From: an uncultured Nitrososphaeraceae archaeon
GTDB lineage: Archaea; Thermoproteota; Nitrososphaeria; Nitrososphaerales; Nitrososphaeraceae
Assembly (NCBI GenBank): GCA_963729045.1
Contig: CAVSMN010000020.1
Coordinates: forward strand, 64,001 to 128,000
Direction: 5' to 3'
Length of the DNA: 64,000 nucleotides
This document shows, in pieces, positions 10,619 through 21,915 of this stretch. The position numbers and the translations under genes were made by a program. Within the stretch, counting starts at the first letter, position 1; every line of letters starts with the position of its first letter. Below the pieces are notes generated by a model. It worked only from the letters and a program-made list of their open reading frames with translations, searched no databases and had not been told where the DNA came from.

Positions 10619-12112
10619 CTATCCACTCTTTGCTCTTTGAGTAGTAGAAAGGGACGCTACTTCATAAATTTGCTTTTGATTCTTCCTAAAATTTATTATG
10701 CCAAAGATTGATATAATTATTGACAAAAATATTACAACGTATAGAAGAGTCAAATTTGATGCAAATATATCATTTGAACTATGGACATTCAGGGTACTTT
10801 GATTCAAATTTTGGTCCATCGATTCTAAAGAGGGTGGAGAAGTTACTGTTAAAAATGACGCAGCGACAAGGACCAGTATCCCTAACACGGATTCTATTTT
10901 TAAGGATTTATTAATTTTTCTCAAGAATACCCCACTGTTTGACTTTAATTCCGAATCTTGATAGGCTGCTGAATTGCGTTTAATATTGGCGTTACTAGTT
11001 GAAATTAGTTTTGCATAATCGTATATCTTGACTTGGTTATAACGACCGATAAATATCATTGGAAAAGCCAATGAAAGTTTTATTACAAGTATTAGACCGT
11101 AAACGGAAGTAAACAAGGATGACAAATTTTGCAAGTGTACGAAGGCCAAGTACAATCCGGTTATACCTATTACACTGATAGCAGTAACAGCGATAAAAGA
11201 GAAATACATCAAACCTTGAGTCATTTGTTCTAAAACTCTCTTTTCTGAGCTAGGCGGTACAACATTTGAATCAATATTATTGTTGCCATCCGCAGGTTTA
11301 GAATGCCTCTTTACAAATAAGACTGTAAGGTAGAATAATCCACCTATCCAAATAGATACAGACATGAAATGAATCCAATCTACCGAAACTGCTAAAGATG
11401 AAAATGAATCTAATGAGTTACTATGACTTATCATACTATTAGAATAAAGATTGAACGAACCCAATACAAGAATGGAAAACAAAAGTATCCGATCCAATTT
11501 ACCGTAGCTAGGGGCAATTTGGTTCGGGTCTAGATCTTTCCCTTGATTCAATCTATTTTTCTTGTTGATCTTTTTCCTTATCTTGATGTGATATGATATT
11601 AAGATGGCAATTATTATAAAAGAAGTAACAATCCTCAACATCCACACATCTCCAACAGGAGTTGAATAAATAATCCAAAACGCTGATGACAAATCAAGTT
11701 CCAAATTTTGTGCTAATTCATAAGACGAAAGTAGCATTATTCCTGTAGAAAATACGATAATTGATATGCAGCAAATCAGAAGAAAGACCACCAACTTGCC
11801 CGACGTATGATAGAAAGAAGTAGAAACGAATTGAACTACACTATTTTCTTGAGCTTTCTTATTATTACGAAGAGTTCTTTGTAAAATGAGATGATTAAAT
11901 ATTAATCCAATAAGTGCAACCTGTGAAATAATTAGCATAGCCTTTAACACTGCGTCATAGGTAGAAGTTACCGATTCGGTTGATGCATCAGAAGTAAAAG
12001 TGTCATCCAATACCTCTTGTGCTAGAGCAACGGGTGATACAAATGATAATGTATATAGTACGGAAATAATTAGAAAAAAAGAAACAAAAGATTTCATTGA
12101 AATCACAATCAA
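10619..12112 (-). CDS. copD: CopD-family copper uptake/resistance membrane protein
   Basis: SHS..DWIHFMSVSIWIGGL, TGLYLA, YGLILVIKL, IESVLGILVL motifs; multiple TM helices. Confidence 0.8.
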   Translation of the reverse strand: MIVISMKSFVSFFLIISVLYTLSFVSPVALAQEVLDDTFTSDASTESVTSTYDAVLKAMLIISQVALIGLIFNHLILQRTLRNNKKAQENSVVQFVSTSFYHTSGKLVVFLLICCISIIVFSTGIMLLSSYELAQNLELDLSSAFWIIYSTPVGDVWMLRIVTSFIIIAILISYHIKIRKKINKKNRLNQGKDLDPNQIAPSYGKLDRILLFSILVLGSFNLYSNSMISHSNSLDSFSSLAVSVDWIHFMSVSIWIGGLFYLTVLFVKRHSKPADGNNNIDSNVVPPSSEKRVLEQMTQGLMYFSFIAVTAISVIGITGLYLAFVHLQNLSSLFTSVYGLILVIKLSLAFPMIFIGRYNQVKIYDYAKLISTSNANIKRNSAAYQDSELKSNSGVFLRKINKSLKIESVLGILVLVAASFLTVTSPPSLESMDQNLNQSTLNVHSSNDIFASNLTLLYVVIFLSIIISIFGIINFRKNQKQIYEVASLSTTQRAKSG

Positions 12113-12525
12113 ATCCCTCTAAATTCATGTATGAGAAAAAATAATGTAGGTTCCAATTCTGAAGCAAGAGTATTTTTCTCAGCCAAAGTGTCTACCTTTA
12201 ATGAATTTTCAAGTCCTGTAACTGGTTGTGTGGTATCTGCTTCTGTACTTATCAGATCTATCATATTTGGTAAGACAACTGTTAATTCTACGTTAGTCCT
12301 ATCATCAACAGCCACCTGTTCGTTGGCCCACTTCACATTCATCAGATGATTTTTTCCATCAAAAGAATACAAAGGTATCTGTCGTCCAAATAAGAATTGT
12401 GAATTAGGTAAATTGAACAAAAGTGTTAAAATCCCAAAACAAAGGACCATATTCCTTAGAATTTGATGGATCAACGTTATGTCTAATGTGTACAAAAAAG
12501 TATATAACCAATCTAGTTCAATCAT
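12109..12525 (-). pseudogene. Probable degenerate or truncated secreted protein directly upstream of copD
   Basis: Protein-like core (LYSFDGKNHL...VAVDDRTNVEL...QPVTGLENSLKVD) with an implausible N-terminus and an abrupt end overlapping the copD start. Confidence 0.35.
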
Positions 12526-13701
12526 CGAAGTCGATTTTTGACGATAAAAGGAAATTAAATCAAAATTTTTTTAGAAACAGAACAGGCAATTTGTTTGCAT
12601 TAGCAGCAATAGGCACAGATTTATTTTTATGTCTAAAAGTAATTTGCGGACTGTTGATCGACAAAATATGACTAATACGCCTAAGAATATGATGTATCAG
12701 CGGGTCAATTTATTGATTTGGGAGTTCTTGATGCAGGCGAATATGGTAGTTATCGAATCAATTGATTCCTAATTTATCTTGATCCGATTTGTAATACATT
12801 CGTTGAATGTACAAGAAGTCATATTAATTATGAATTTGAATAAAGATATGACCTTGACCTAGTCATAGAAACAAACAACAAAGCAAAGATACAAATGTCT
12901 CTTCGTGGTAGTAAATAATGGCAATAAATCTACGCAATCTTTGTCATTATTTACTATCTTGCTGCAATTAATCGAAAATGATCCTATAATAAACATTTTC
13001 CAAATAGATAAAAATGAAGGCGTTTCATCAGTAACGTCTATACACCAAGGAATATATAAATAGATACTGTTAGAGAAGAACTTTACAATCAATTTTAGAA
13101 AAATAAACCATTGTATAGAATGGAGGATGGCAATCGATCACAGGTATTTCCTAATATTCAATGGCTGTTATTCAACTTTCTTTTTCAAGTAACTTGTTAT
13201 CATTATGTTTGTCAACTGAAGTGTGGCAAAATATGATGATCCAATTATTATAAATCTCCCGATTTCATTTAATTGCAATTACTATTTTATAGTAAATATT
13301 TTAATTGAGTATCTGTTGGTTAATATTTATGAAACAAATTATGAATATGATGACAAATCCACTGTAAGATCACCAGTAGCAATTTATTGAAAATTAAATG
13401 TAGGAACAAAAGATTTCTGATTAAAAATATCCTGGAATTCTTGTCTATTTAATATCTGTAAATTCGTCTATTTATGGATGGCTTATATTGAAAGGAATAT
13501 GCCCGACATTAATTCATGTCAATTATCATAATATTATGTCCCCCGAATGTCGAAATTATTTCGTCCTATTATATGAAAATAATCTATATGTTAGAACAAC
13601 ATACTTTAACAATATAAGAATTCAAACTAGGGGATTGATGCAGTTGAAGTTCCCGGTAATGTAAAAATTGGGCCTAGTGTATAACATTTCTCGTTTGTTC
13701 T

Positions 13702-13878
13702 TTATAGACGTACTCCAGAAGAATACCAATTTCCATGCGAAGCTTCTGTAAAAAGTACTATAACTTCTTCTTTGCCAACCTTCAATATTTTAACTAAATC
13801 TTCAGTAATTGCTTCTGCTAATCTATCCTTTTCTCTCTGAGTTCTCCCACTATACATTTGTATATTAACTATGGGCAT
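13702..13878 (-). CDS. 4-oxalocrotonate tautomerase family protein (58 aa, not in ORF track)
   Basis: Manual translation MPIVNIQMYSGRTQREKDRLAEAITEDLVKILKVGKEEVIVLFTEASHGNWYSSGVRL: catalytic Pro1, GRT..EK..L...IT motif, NW..G. Confidence 0.9.
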   Translation of the reverse strand: MPIVNIQMYSGRTQREKDRLAEAITEDLVKILKVGKEEVIVLFTEASHGNWYSSGVRL

Positions 13879-14224
13879 GATAATTAATCATCATCGATAC
13901 TAATAAGATTTCAGCTGAGGCAGAGTCTAGCGCTACACCCTCATGTAATAAAATACTTGAACAAAAAAGAGAAAATGGTCTTTAATCAACAATGTATTAA
14001 GTCAGCCCAGGTAATTCAAATTATAATCAATCCAAACTACAAGGACAGTTCACAGACCAGAATAGCAACGTTGTTTCCTGATGTCCTTTTTTCATTTAAA
14101 ATGCAGAAAACCTGACAGAATATTAAAATTTTTTACTTCAAATGAACCAATACTATACTTTTTTGGTAATCCAAAGATTCAATATCGTATATATTGTCTA
14201 TCAATAAATTGCTACTAAAACAAA

Positions 14225-14250
14225 TGGCGGGCCCGGTGGGCTTCGAATCC
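14225..14250 (-). other. Isolated tRNA 3'-end fragment (T-loop, acceptor strand, CCA); possible att-site relic
   Basis: Minus strand GGATTCGAAGCCCACCGGGCCCGCCA, GC-rich in an AT-rich context; no matching 5' half upstream. Confidence 0.65.
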
Positions 14251-14623
14251 AGGAGGTAGTTGAGAACTGATGTTTTATTTATTGTTTGGATACCATCAAT
14301 ACAATATTACTAATTCACTTAAAGAATTGTTGTTACAATAGGTCCTGTTCGTTAAGTGTAGACATGTTTCGTGGAGTTAGCCAAACTACTAATGCTTTGA
14401 TTACAATAATAAGATGACAATTTGATTGGGTGATTTCTAACTCACACGAATCTCAGCATTACTTACTATAAAATATATGTTCTAAATTGATTTTCTAACA
14501 CATTTATTTCAATATCTCGACTACCTTCCTAGCTAATGCTTTCCAAATTAAAAAATTTTGGTTGGAAGTCTGCAGATGTTTTGGTAAATGATGCACCTTA
14601 AATTTGTATATGATAATAATATC

Positions 14624-14725
14624 TTGATCTACTAGGTATTGACACCTAATCAAATGTTTGATACTTTGATCTACTAGGTATTGATACCTAATCAAATGTT
14701 TGATACTTTGATCTACTAGGTATTG
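14624..14725. repeat. 42-bp tandem repeat, about 2.4 copies
   Basis: TTGATCTACTAGGTATTGA(C/T)ACCTAATCAAATGTTTGATACT starting at 14624, 14666 and 14708 (partial). Confidence 0.9.
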
Positions 14726-15599
14726 CCTTCGATATTCTATCCCGAGGATACAAAGGCTACCATATTGTCTGGTGCAGATGGATCAACAGGAAATGCTTAT
14801 GAGGACCTCTATATTGCGGAAGAAGAAAACGCTACAATCACGTCAGGATCGAATCAAACAACGAATACAAATAATACTAAAATAAAATAGTAACGATAAA
14901 ATCTATTCTCTATTACTCAATGTAATTTATTATTTTTGAGAATCAGCCATAGAACATCATAACCACTTTTCTATTATCCTCATTATTCATGGTATGAATA
15001 TGGTGTATGGTCGAGGGAGAGTAAATGGTAGTATTATTACCTAATGACAATCTGTTGTAGTTGATCTGGTATAAAATCCCCATTATTGAGCAGCCCGTGG
15101 GGACTAACGACAAATTTGAATGGACTTGAATTCTTATCGAATAAACTGATAAAATAGAATAAAAGTTAAAAGGAAATAGACCACGTTAACAAGAATCACC
15201 ATCGAGTCATAGTTGAACTATTTTTAGAACTGACATGGTGTAGACTTAGAGGTTTCGAATGTATATGATATTTAAGCTTTAAAATTTTCACAAAAATTTA
15301 CTCTAAAAAAGGAAGATAATTTGGAAATTTTGCTACAAGAATTTTTTAGAAAAGTTGCATAGACTTTTATCTTGATAATAAAAATATTGTTTATGGATAC
15401 CAAGTTTTAATTGAACTATTTTAGGGTTGAAATACACCAATCACTTTGATGTAAGGTTGATAAAATAAGAAAAGGATTATCAATTATTTGGAAACAGATA
15501 CTCCCTCAGCAAGATTGATAAAAAGTTCTTTAGGAATATGTCCTTTTTGATTTGTGACTTGTTCGCGACAACTTTTTCTGTCGTATCCTTATTGAAAAT

Positions 15600-16781
15600 T
15601 CATTCATTTTCTTTTTTTCTCTTTGCTTTATCAAACATCTGTCTAGCAAATGCACCCACAAACGCACCTGCAAAAATGCCGATGAACTGTCCATATGTCC
15701 CCCAGAAGTCTTTAAATTGATCATCGATACCCTTGGGTGGAATTACTGTTACTGTCAAGTTTACTGGCTTTGTTAAATAGCCTACAGTTGGATATTTTTT
15801 GGATAATTCAAACTTCGGATCTACCGTCCCACCTAGTGGCGCGTTAAATGTTGGTTTTGTTGTTGTGGCCATGGATGGCTCCCTTATTGTAACAACCAAA
15901 GGAATCGTGTAAATGCCAACAGGAGTTTGTTGAGGAACATCTATATTAATTAAAGGAGGTTGATTTCTTTGGATAGTCACATGAAGTTCACTTGAATTAA
16001 AACCGGATCGAATATTGTAATCATTAATTTTGCTGTTAAAACTGCTAGTATCACCCAAGGTTATATTAATGACATCATTAGAAAAACCAGAAGTGGATTT
16101 TATCCGAGCTGGAATTAACTGTTCTTCACCTTGCCTAATAGTTATATCACTTGGTGAAGTGGATATTTCCAGGCTAGGAGGAGGTATAGTCACCCAGTTA
16201 GTAAATTGTCTAACTTCATTGGGTCCGATTGACTCTGCTGAATAGAATAATAAATTATATTCAACGGGTGAGTTTATAGAACTCAGATCCAAATTTATCC
16301 TAACATAACCAGGACCTACAGATGATTCGGTATGGGATTGAGTAAAGTTCGTTTTAGATCCTATTAACATATAACCACCGGTCGAGGACAATTGGTAAAG
16401 ATATCCACTTAATTTTCCATCCACTGATTCGATATAAAAATCATAATCTGCACCGTTATATCCTGTTTTTGTGTTGGCGTCTGCATCAATAAGCATGCCG
16501 TAACTTAATTTTCTAGAAGATTGATTATCAGTAGAATTAAAAGTAGAAGAATAATTGCCAAAACCAGAATTCAACCAAATAGTAGTGTTTAAAATCTGTC
16601 CATCGCTAATATAATTGACTGCCAGTATGTCGGTATAGCTTGATTTTAAATATGCATTACTGTTGCCATATGTTTGAACCCAGTTACGATTTTCATTTAT
16701 TAGTTCTTGAAGCTCAAAAGCGGGTGACAAAGCCATAGCTACATTATGCAAAAAATCTTTGCTCAAAAATGATAATAACAA
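15600..16781 (-). CDS. Surface-exposed hypothetical protein with C-terminal membrane anchor
   Basis: Beta-rich Ser/Thr/Asn body; C-terminal hydrophobic helix followed by KAKRKKENE. Confidence 0.75.
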   Translation of the reverse strand: MLLSFLSKDFLHNVAMALSPAFELQELINENRNWVQTYGNSNAYLKSSYTDILAVNYISDGQILNTTIWLNSGFGNYSSTFNSTDNQSSRKLSYGMLIDADANTKTGYNGADYDFYIESVDGKLSGYLYQLSSTGGYMLIGSKTNFTQSHTESSVGPGYVRINLDLSSINSPVEYNLLFYSAESIGPNEVRQFTNWVTIPPPSLEISTSPSDITIRQGEEQLIPARIKSTSGFSNDVINITLGDTSSFNSKINDYNIRSGFNSSELHVTIQRNQPPLINIDVPQQTPVGIYTIPLVVTIREPSMATTTKPTFNAPLGGTVDPKFELSKKYPTVGYLTKPVNLTVTVIPPKGIDDQFKDFWGTYGQFIGIFAGAFVGAFARQMFDKAKRKKENE

Positions 16782-17289
16782 AAAGAAAGAAATAACTGCA
16801 ATTGAACTAAGAAGATCGTATTTATTAAACTGTATTTACCCCTAACGTTGTAAATTGTATTATAGGGGACTAAAAACTTTTTCTTATGAGGATTTCTTGA
16901 ACAAGGATAAAATTCTTATCCGGTCTTTTCCCATATCCATTTTATCATAGATTATTTAAGGTTCCTAATTATCTATCAAATCTAATAGCATTAATTTTGA
17001 TACAATTTTAATCAATTAGCTATAGACACCATATGTCCACAAAATGAAAAAGAGTGTGTCAAATCATGAAGACTTGCAAGTGTAGTTACAACCGTTTCTA
17101 TTTTCCATCTGTTCGGGTGGAATTAGTCAACCTGATGTTGTTCCGTTGGTTTTGACTTTTATGGACAGCATTTTTTAATGTAGGTAGAATAAATATTTAT
17201 GAATCTACAAAATGTAAAAAGTTTTTCATAATAATATTTATTGAAGATTATTTATAGTATCAAAAGGCAATACCAAAAAATAAAAACTG

Positions 17290-17908
17290 TTAGTGTTTGA
17301 ATTTGTGTCTTATATAAATACTCAAGGGAATTATAATCAACCAAAAATATTGCGCGATATTTAAGTTGACAAAAGAAACGATGACGGATAATAAAAATAC
17401 TAAAGGAAGAACTAACAGTTGGATAAACAAACCTTTCTTGAACAGGGGATGAAGGTTTTCACCTACGGCATTGATCCTTATTGCATACCACCAAATTACA
17501 ACAAGTGATGTACTTGCGGCAATAACCACTCCATAATAAATCAAATATGCGACCCGATATGAATCAAAAGTTATGACCAAAGATGTGGAGATGGATAAAA
17601 GGGTTATTAAGAGCAGAAAAAACAAGTTCAGATAAACCATAGAGAGATATGAATCCTTAATGTGATTGAATACCTGATGATATGAAACCCAGAACATGGC
17701 AATAATAAAGAAACTAAGAACGTAGCTTTCTACTTGGGAAGACATATCAAATAACTTTTCAATGAGTTGTGGTTCAGTAAGGTTTGAACTGAGATCCAGG
17801 AATATCAATTGTCAAGGCCATCAGAGTTATAGCGAATGCGAATACTGCATCACTAAATGATATAACGTGTTCTAATCTTATTCTGGGTGTGAATGCCTTT
17901 GTTGACAA
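17290..17908 (-). CDS. TMEM175/DUF1211-family potassium channel-like protein, frameshift near 17796
   Basis: Upstream frame reads LSTKAFTPRIRLEHVISFSDAVFAFAITLMALTIDIP (family FSD motif) and joins ORF 17290..17808 (SYVLSFFIIAMFWVSYHQVF) after one extra base. Confidence 0.85.
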
Positions 17909-18315
17909 ATTGAATAACTCAAATTAAAAAGATACCATTTTAAACTTTGTTCTATGCTTTTTGTATATTTCGTATCGAATCAATGTACGTACTTTTTTTG
18001 AATCTAATAAGCAATCACTTGCACTGTTCTTAGAGTTTAAATGAATTGATTTCAATAGTTTGAAAATGCTTTATTAATAAAAACTTTGTAACAGAGTTTC
18101 TAACGCAAATGTTGAAAGAATGAATGATGCTGTTGATTGGATTACGTGCTTTGGCATAATGGTTCCTCCCTCATGACTATACAATACTATTAGACTATTG
18201 GTTGTTTATCTGGATTAATAACAATAAGACAGGTAATATCGTATAATTACAATTATTTGCATCCGCTTGCATAAGATACGTCGTAATTAATACCAATGAA
18301 ATTGCTTTTTGTATT

Positions 18316-18879
18316 ATGCAGAATCTTAAACCATTAATATTTTTATTTGCTGTTATCATAGTTTCTAGTTTTGTTTTTATCGGATCCATCTCAAATCCTG
18401 TAATGGCTATTCCTCCACAATTAATCGATGACCAGTTTGTTTTTGGTCCAATTGCTGGACTTTCAGAAAATGAAAGTGGTGCTGTTGATTGGATTATGAT
18501 AGGAAACTGGAGATTAAACATAGCAAATGATACGGATATTCAGAATAATCAATCCTCAGATGTCTTTAATGCTGCTATTGAAATGATAAAACCTGATGGC
18601 ACAGCAAGACATACACATACCCTAACAGATTTTGTTGTTTTAAATGTGTCTCATCCAGACAACAACTCTACGCTATATAATGGAACATCGACGATAAGTT
18701 TGCAAGCTGGTCCCGCAACCGATATTCCTACCTCTATACAAAAATCAAATGACAAAGTAATAATCATAAATATCGATCCGGAAAGTGTGGATAATCATTT
18801 TGGTAAGTTACCTATTTACGGTATTCGATCTGATCCCCAATTTATGCATAATTCACCCATGTCAAAACTAGTCAAGTGA
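18316..18879 (+). CDS. Secreted hypothetical protein, W/M/HxH/HF family copy 2
   Basis: Signal peptide; WIMIGNW, MIKPDGTARHTH, NHFGKLPIYG. Confidence 0.8.
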   Translation: MQNLKPLIFLFAVIIVSSFVFIGSISNPVMAIPPQLIDDQFVFGPIAGLSENESGAVDWIMIGNWRLNIANDTDIQNNQSSDVFNAAIEMIKPDGTARHTHTLTDFVVLNVSHPDNNSTLYNGTSTISLQAGPATDIPTSIQKSNDKVIIINIDPESVDNHFGKLPIYGIRSDPQFMHNSPMSKLVK

Positions 18880-19520
18880 ATTGGGTATCGAGTTTTCCAT
18901 CAGTATTCTGCCCTCCCTTTCCTAGTTTGGATTTCTCGATAAGTCGAATAGTCACAATATTGTTATTACTATTTGAAATTTAGAGTATCAGATTGGAGAT
19001 TATTGGCAATCTATAAATAACCGATGAATCATCTATTATATACCTACCAATTCATGGAAGAGGATCACTCTTTCAATTGAACGAATACCTACCAGTGTGG
19101 AGTAATAAAGGCTACATTCATGTGATAAGTATGATGAAAAAAAAGTCAGTAATGACCTTGTTTATCAAAATACAAAAACGTGGAGGGTTACGAGACACCT
19201 ATTGATGCCTTTATTACTCCGCAGTTTTTATCATCACTTTTAACCAGTAATTCATGTTCTTTGTTATCAGAATTTTAATTGAGTGATAGTATTTCTCAAA
19301 ACTGAGGATAATAATAATGACAATAGTAAGTATGTGTATGTAAAATATTTCTGCAACCAAAATTGACAATATTCACACCCAAGTCCTATAGATTCGTTAG
19401 ATTTTGAAAAGTCAATAAATTTGAATACCCATTTCATATAATCGATCATCAATGATCAGATTTTTAAATTGATAATACTATAATCGTTCCTTTCAACCAT
19501 AAGAAAAGAATTATTCCAGG

Positions 19521-19694
19521 CTAATTGGCTTTTTTGTGCCTAATAAAATAACTAATAGAGTTTTTCTGATGCCATATTTTATCATGCATTTTTAGATCTG
19601 CTTCTGTCCATATACTCAATCCACCATGGCATAAATTACATGTAACCATGGAATTTCTATCCCCCTTTCTCCCCTTTAGATTCATCGTGTACAT
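19521..19694 (-). CDS. Small C2H2-like zinc-finger ORF, possibly the remnant of a two-finger gene
   Basis: CNLC..12 aa..LKMHDKIWH; a broken second finger (CSLCNQCY...EH..NVH) lies just upstream in other frames. Confidence 0.4.
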   Translation of the reverse strand: MYTMNLKGRKGDRNSMVTCNLCHGGLSIWTEADLKMHDKIWHQKNSISYFIRHKKAN

Positions 19695-19878
19695 TAAGCA
19701 TGCTCAGTGTTAAGCATTGCTATCATAACATTGGTTGCATAGCGAACAGTTTAGATCTAATTGAACTTTCTGAAATATTATTTTTCCCTCAAAGATTCAA
19801 AGATTTGTATACTATGTCTTGAAAGTGGCATTGGTTGTGATTTCGTGAATGGTATACAAAAATCTATTTAAAAAATAT

Positions 19879-20103
19879 TCAAAATGGTCCTTTCCACCAT
19901 CTTACTTCCTTCTTAAAACATGTTGGGCAACGTAATCTTACAGTATCTAGGTGAATATTTCCAGACGCTTCATAAAAGGATGTGCTCCATGAACAACTGT
20001 CACATTTTATAAAGTACTTAAAAAGGACGTCTTGATCTGATTGATCCTCTTTATTCATTGGTTGTTGGATGGCATTTTCTTGCTCACGGATCATCTTAAT
20101 CAA
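19879..20103 (-). CDS. Small zinc-ribbon protein
   Basis: CDSC and CPTC pairs 24 residues apart. Confidence 0.65.
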   Translation of the reverse strand: MIKMIREQENAIQQPMNKEDQSDQDVLFKYFIKCDSCSWSTSFYEASGNIHLDTVRLRCPTCFKKEVRWWKGPF

Positions 20104-20813
20104 ACATACTCTATCATTCGAACAATAAAAATAATGTCAAACATTAGAAGATGAAAATGTATATGCTAAATATTCATACTATATGCTGAGGAAGAAAGCA
20201 ATCTATAATTCATTCTCAATAACATATTTTACATTATTGTATAATCACATGAATAACACCAGATTAGTAATATCTTGTTGCCACGAGTATTAAGAGATTC
20301 TAAATTTCCATCAGGTTCTAAGTGAACAGTCTTTGTATTTTTGTATAATTATATCTCATAGAAAGACCCGTCTGTTGAAAACATAGCCAGGTAGATGTAC
20401 GTTACTAATGTTCATTATGAACAGACAAATGCCATTGTTCTTTTTTTGAAAACATCATACAATTGCGTGTGAATCAATATGTGAATCTAGAAAAAGAATG
20501 TTTTCTATTATTGTTACAGTTATGAAGCATTAAGAGAAAAACAAATGTTAAGATAATTAATATAAATAATAAATGCCTCTTCCGGATAGTGCATGGTTGG
20601 AGTTTGAACTAAATCACAGGTTCCACCCACAATTTCAATTTTAGATAATGTCATCTCATATTTTTATGAAAGCGATATTATGGTATGACAAATAAGTCAT
20701 TAACTAACAAAACATCCCCTATAGATGTGAGAAAAGAAAGATAATTTCAATCATTGAATTTCAGTAAACAATACAAGAGTAGTTTTCCATACTGCTATGA
20801 ATATTTACAACAT

Positions 20814-21821
20814 TTATCTAAAAATATAGTTAAAAACTACGAAAACTAAGGCAGCAACAGCAGCGCTAGCAGGTATGGTTATTATCCATGCATAAATAAT
20901 TCTCCTGCCTACACCCCATCGCACGGCGGAAAGCCTCCGAGTCGCTCCCACTCCCATTATTGCTCCAGAAATAGCATGTGTTGTGCTGACAGGTATCCCC
21001 AGCCATGCCATGGCTGCAAGAATCACTCCACCCCCAGTTTCTGCGCAGAATCCCTGATAGGGTTTTAGATCTGTAAGCTTAAATGCCATCGTTTTTACAA
21101 TTCGCCATCCACCGAAAAAGGTACCTAATCCCATCGCAATTGCTGCACTTAATATCACCCAAAGAGGAACAACGAATTCATTTGACTGCAAAAACCCTCC
21201 TGCTATCAACAATGCCGTTATTATACCCATCGTTTTTTGTCCGTCGTTAGCACCATGGGTCAGTGAAAAAAAAATTGATGAGCATATTTGTAGTTTGCCA
21301 AACACTCTATTGATTGATCGTGGTTTTTTTCTTTTTAGAAAATACACCAATAGTGTAGCAAAAATAAATGCCAGTAAAAATCCCAAGGCCGGTGAGGCAA
21401 TCATGAAAATAATGGTTTTTTCTACCCCTTCAAATACTATAGTTTGAATCCCACCTGAAATTAATGCGGAGCCAATTAAACCTCCAATCAATGCATGGCT
21501 GCTGGAAGAAGGCAATCCAAAATACCAAGTAATCAAATTCCATACAATAGCTCCAATTAAACCAGCCAATATCACTTCAGTGGTTGCAAATTCTGGCTGA
21601 ATTATTCCTTTTCCAACAGTTGCGGCTACAGCAGTTCCGAAAATAAACGGCCCTATAAAATTTGTAATAGATGCCATGGTCACTGCGTGTAATGGTTTAA
21701 GAGTTCTAGTTCCAACCACTGTTGCAATTGCATTTGCTGAATCATGAAAGCCATTTACGAAATCAAACAAAAGGGCTAAAGATATAGTCCCAATGGTGAT
21801 ATATAACAAACTCTCCTCCAT
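20814..21821 (-). CDS. pit: PiT-family inorganic phosphate transporter
   Basis: GFHDSANAIAT, GLPSSSSHALIG, HGANDGQK, GIPVSTTH signatures. Confidence 0.95.
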   Translation of the reverse strand: MEESLLYITIGTISLALLFDFVNGFHDSANAIATVVGTRTLKPLHAVTMASITNFIGPFIFGTAVAATVGKGIIQPEFATTEVILAGLIGAIVWNLITWYFGLPSSSSHALIGGLIGSALISGGIQTIVFEGVEKTIIFMIASPALGFLLAFIFATLLVYFLKRKKPRSINRVFGKLQICSSIFFSLTHGANDGQKTMGIITALLIAGGFLQSNEFVVPLWVILSAAIAMGLGTFFGGWRIVKTMAFKLTDLKPYQGFCAETGGGVILAAMAWLGIPVSTTHAISGAIMGVGATRRLSAVRWGVGRRIIYAWIITIPASAAVAALVFVVFNYIFR

Positions 21822-21915
21822 GGTTAAATATTCAAATTATTAAAGAGACTATATCTTTCTATCCAACAATTACACTATTCTAAATATCACCTGAAATAAC
21901 ATACAGAGAAATACA

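Noticed and set aside
14225..14300. Complete tRNA gene
   Set aside because: Only the 3' 26 nt are tRNA-like; no acceptor 5' strand, D-arm or anticodon arm upstream
14624..14725. Possible mini-CRISPR array
   Set aside because: The intervening sequences are identical, so it is a simple tandem duplication
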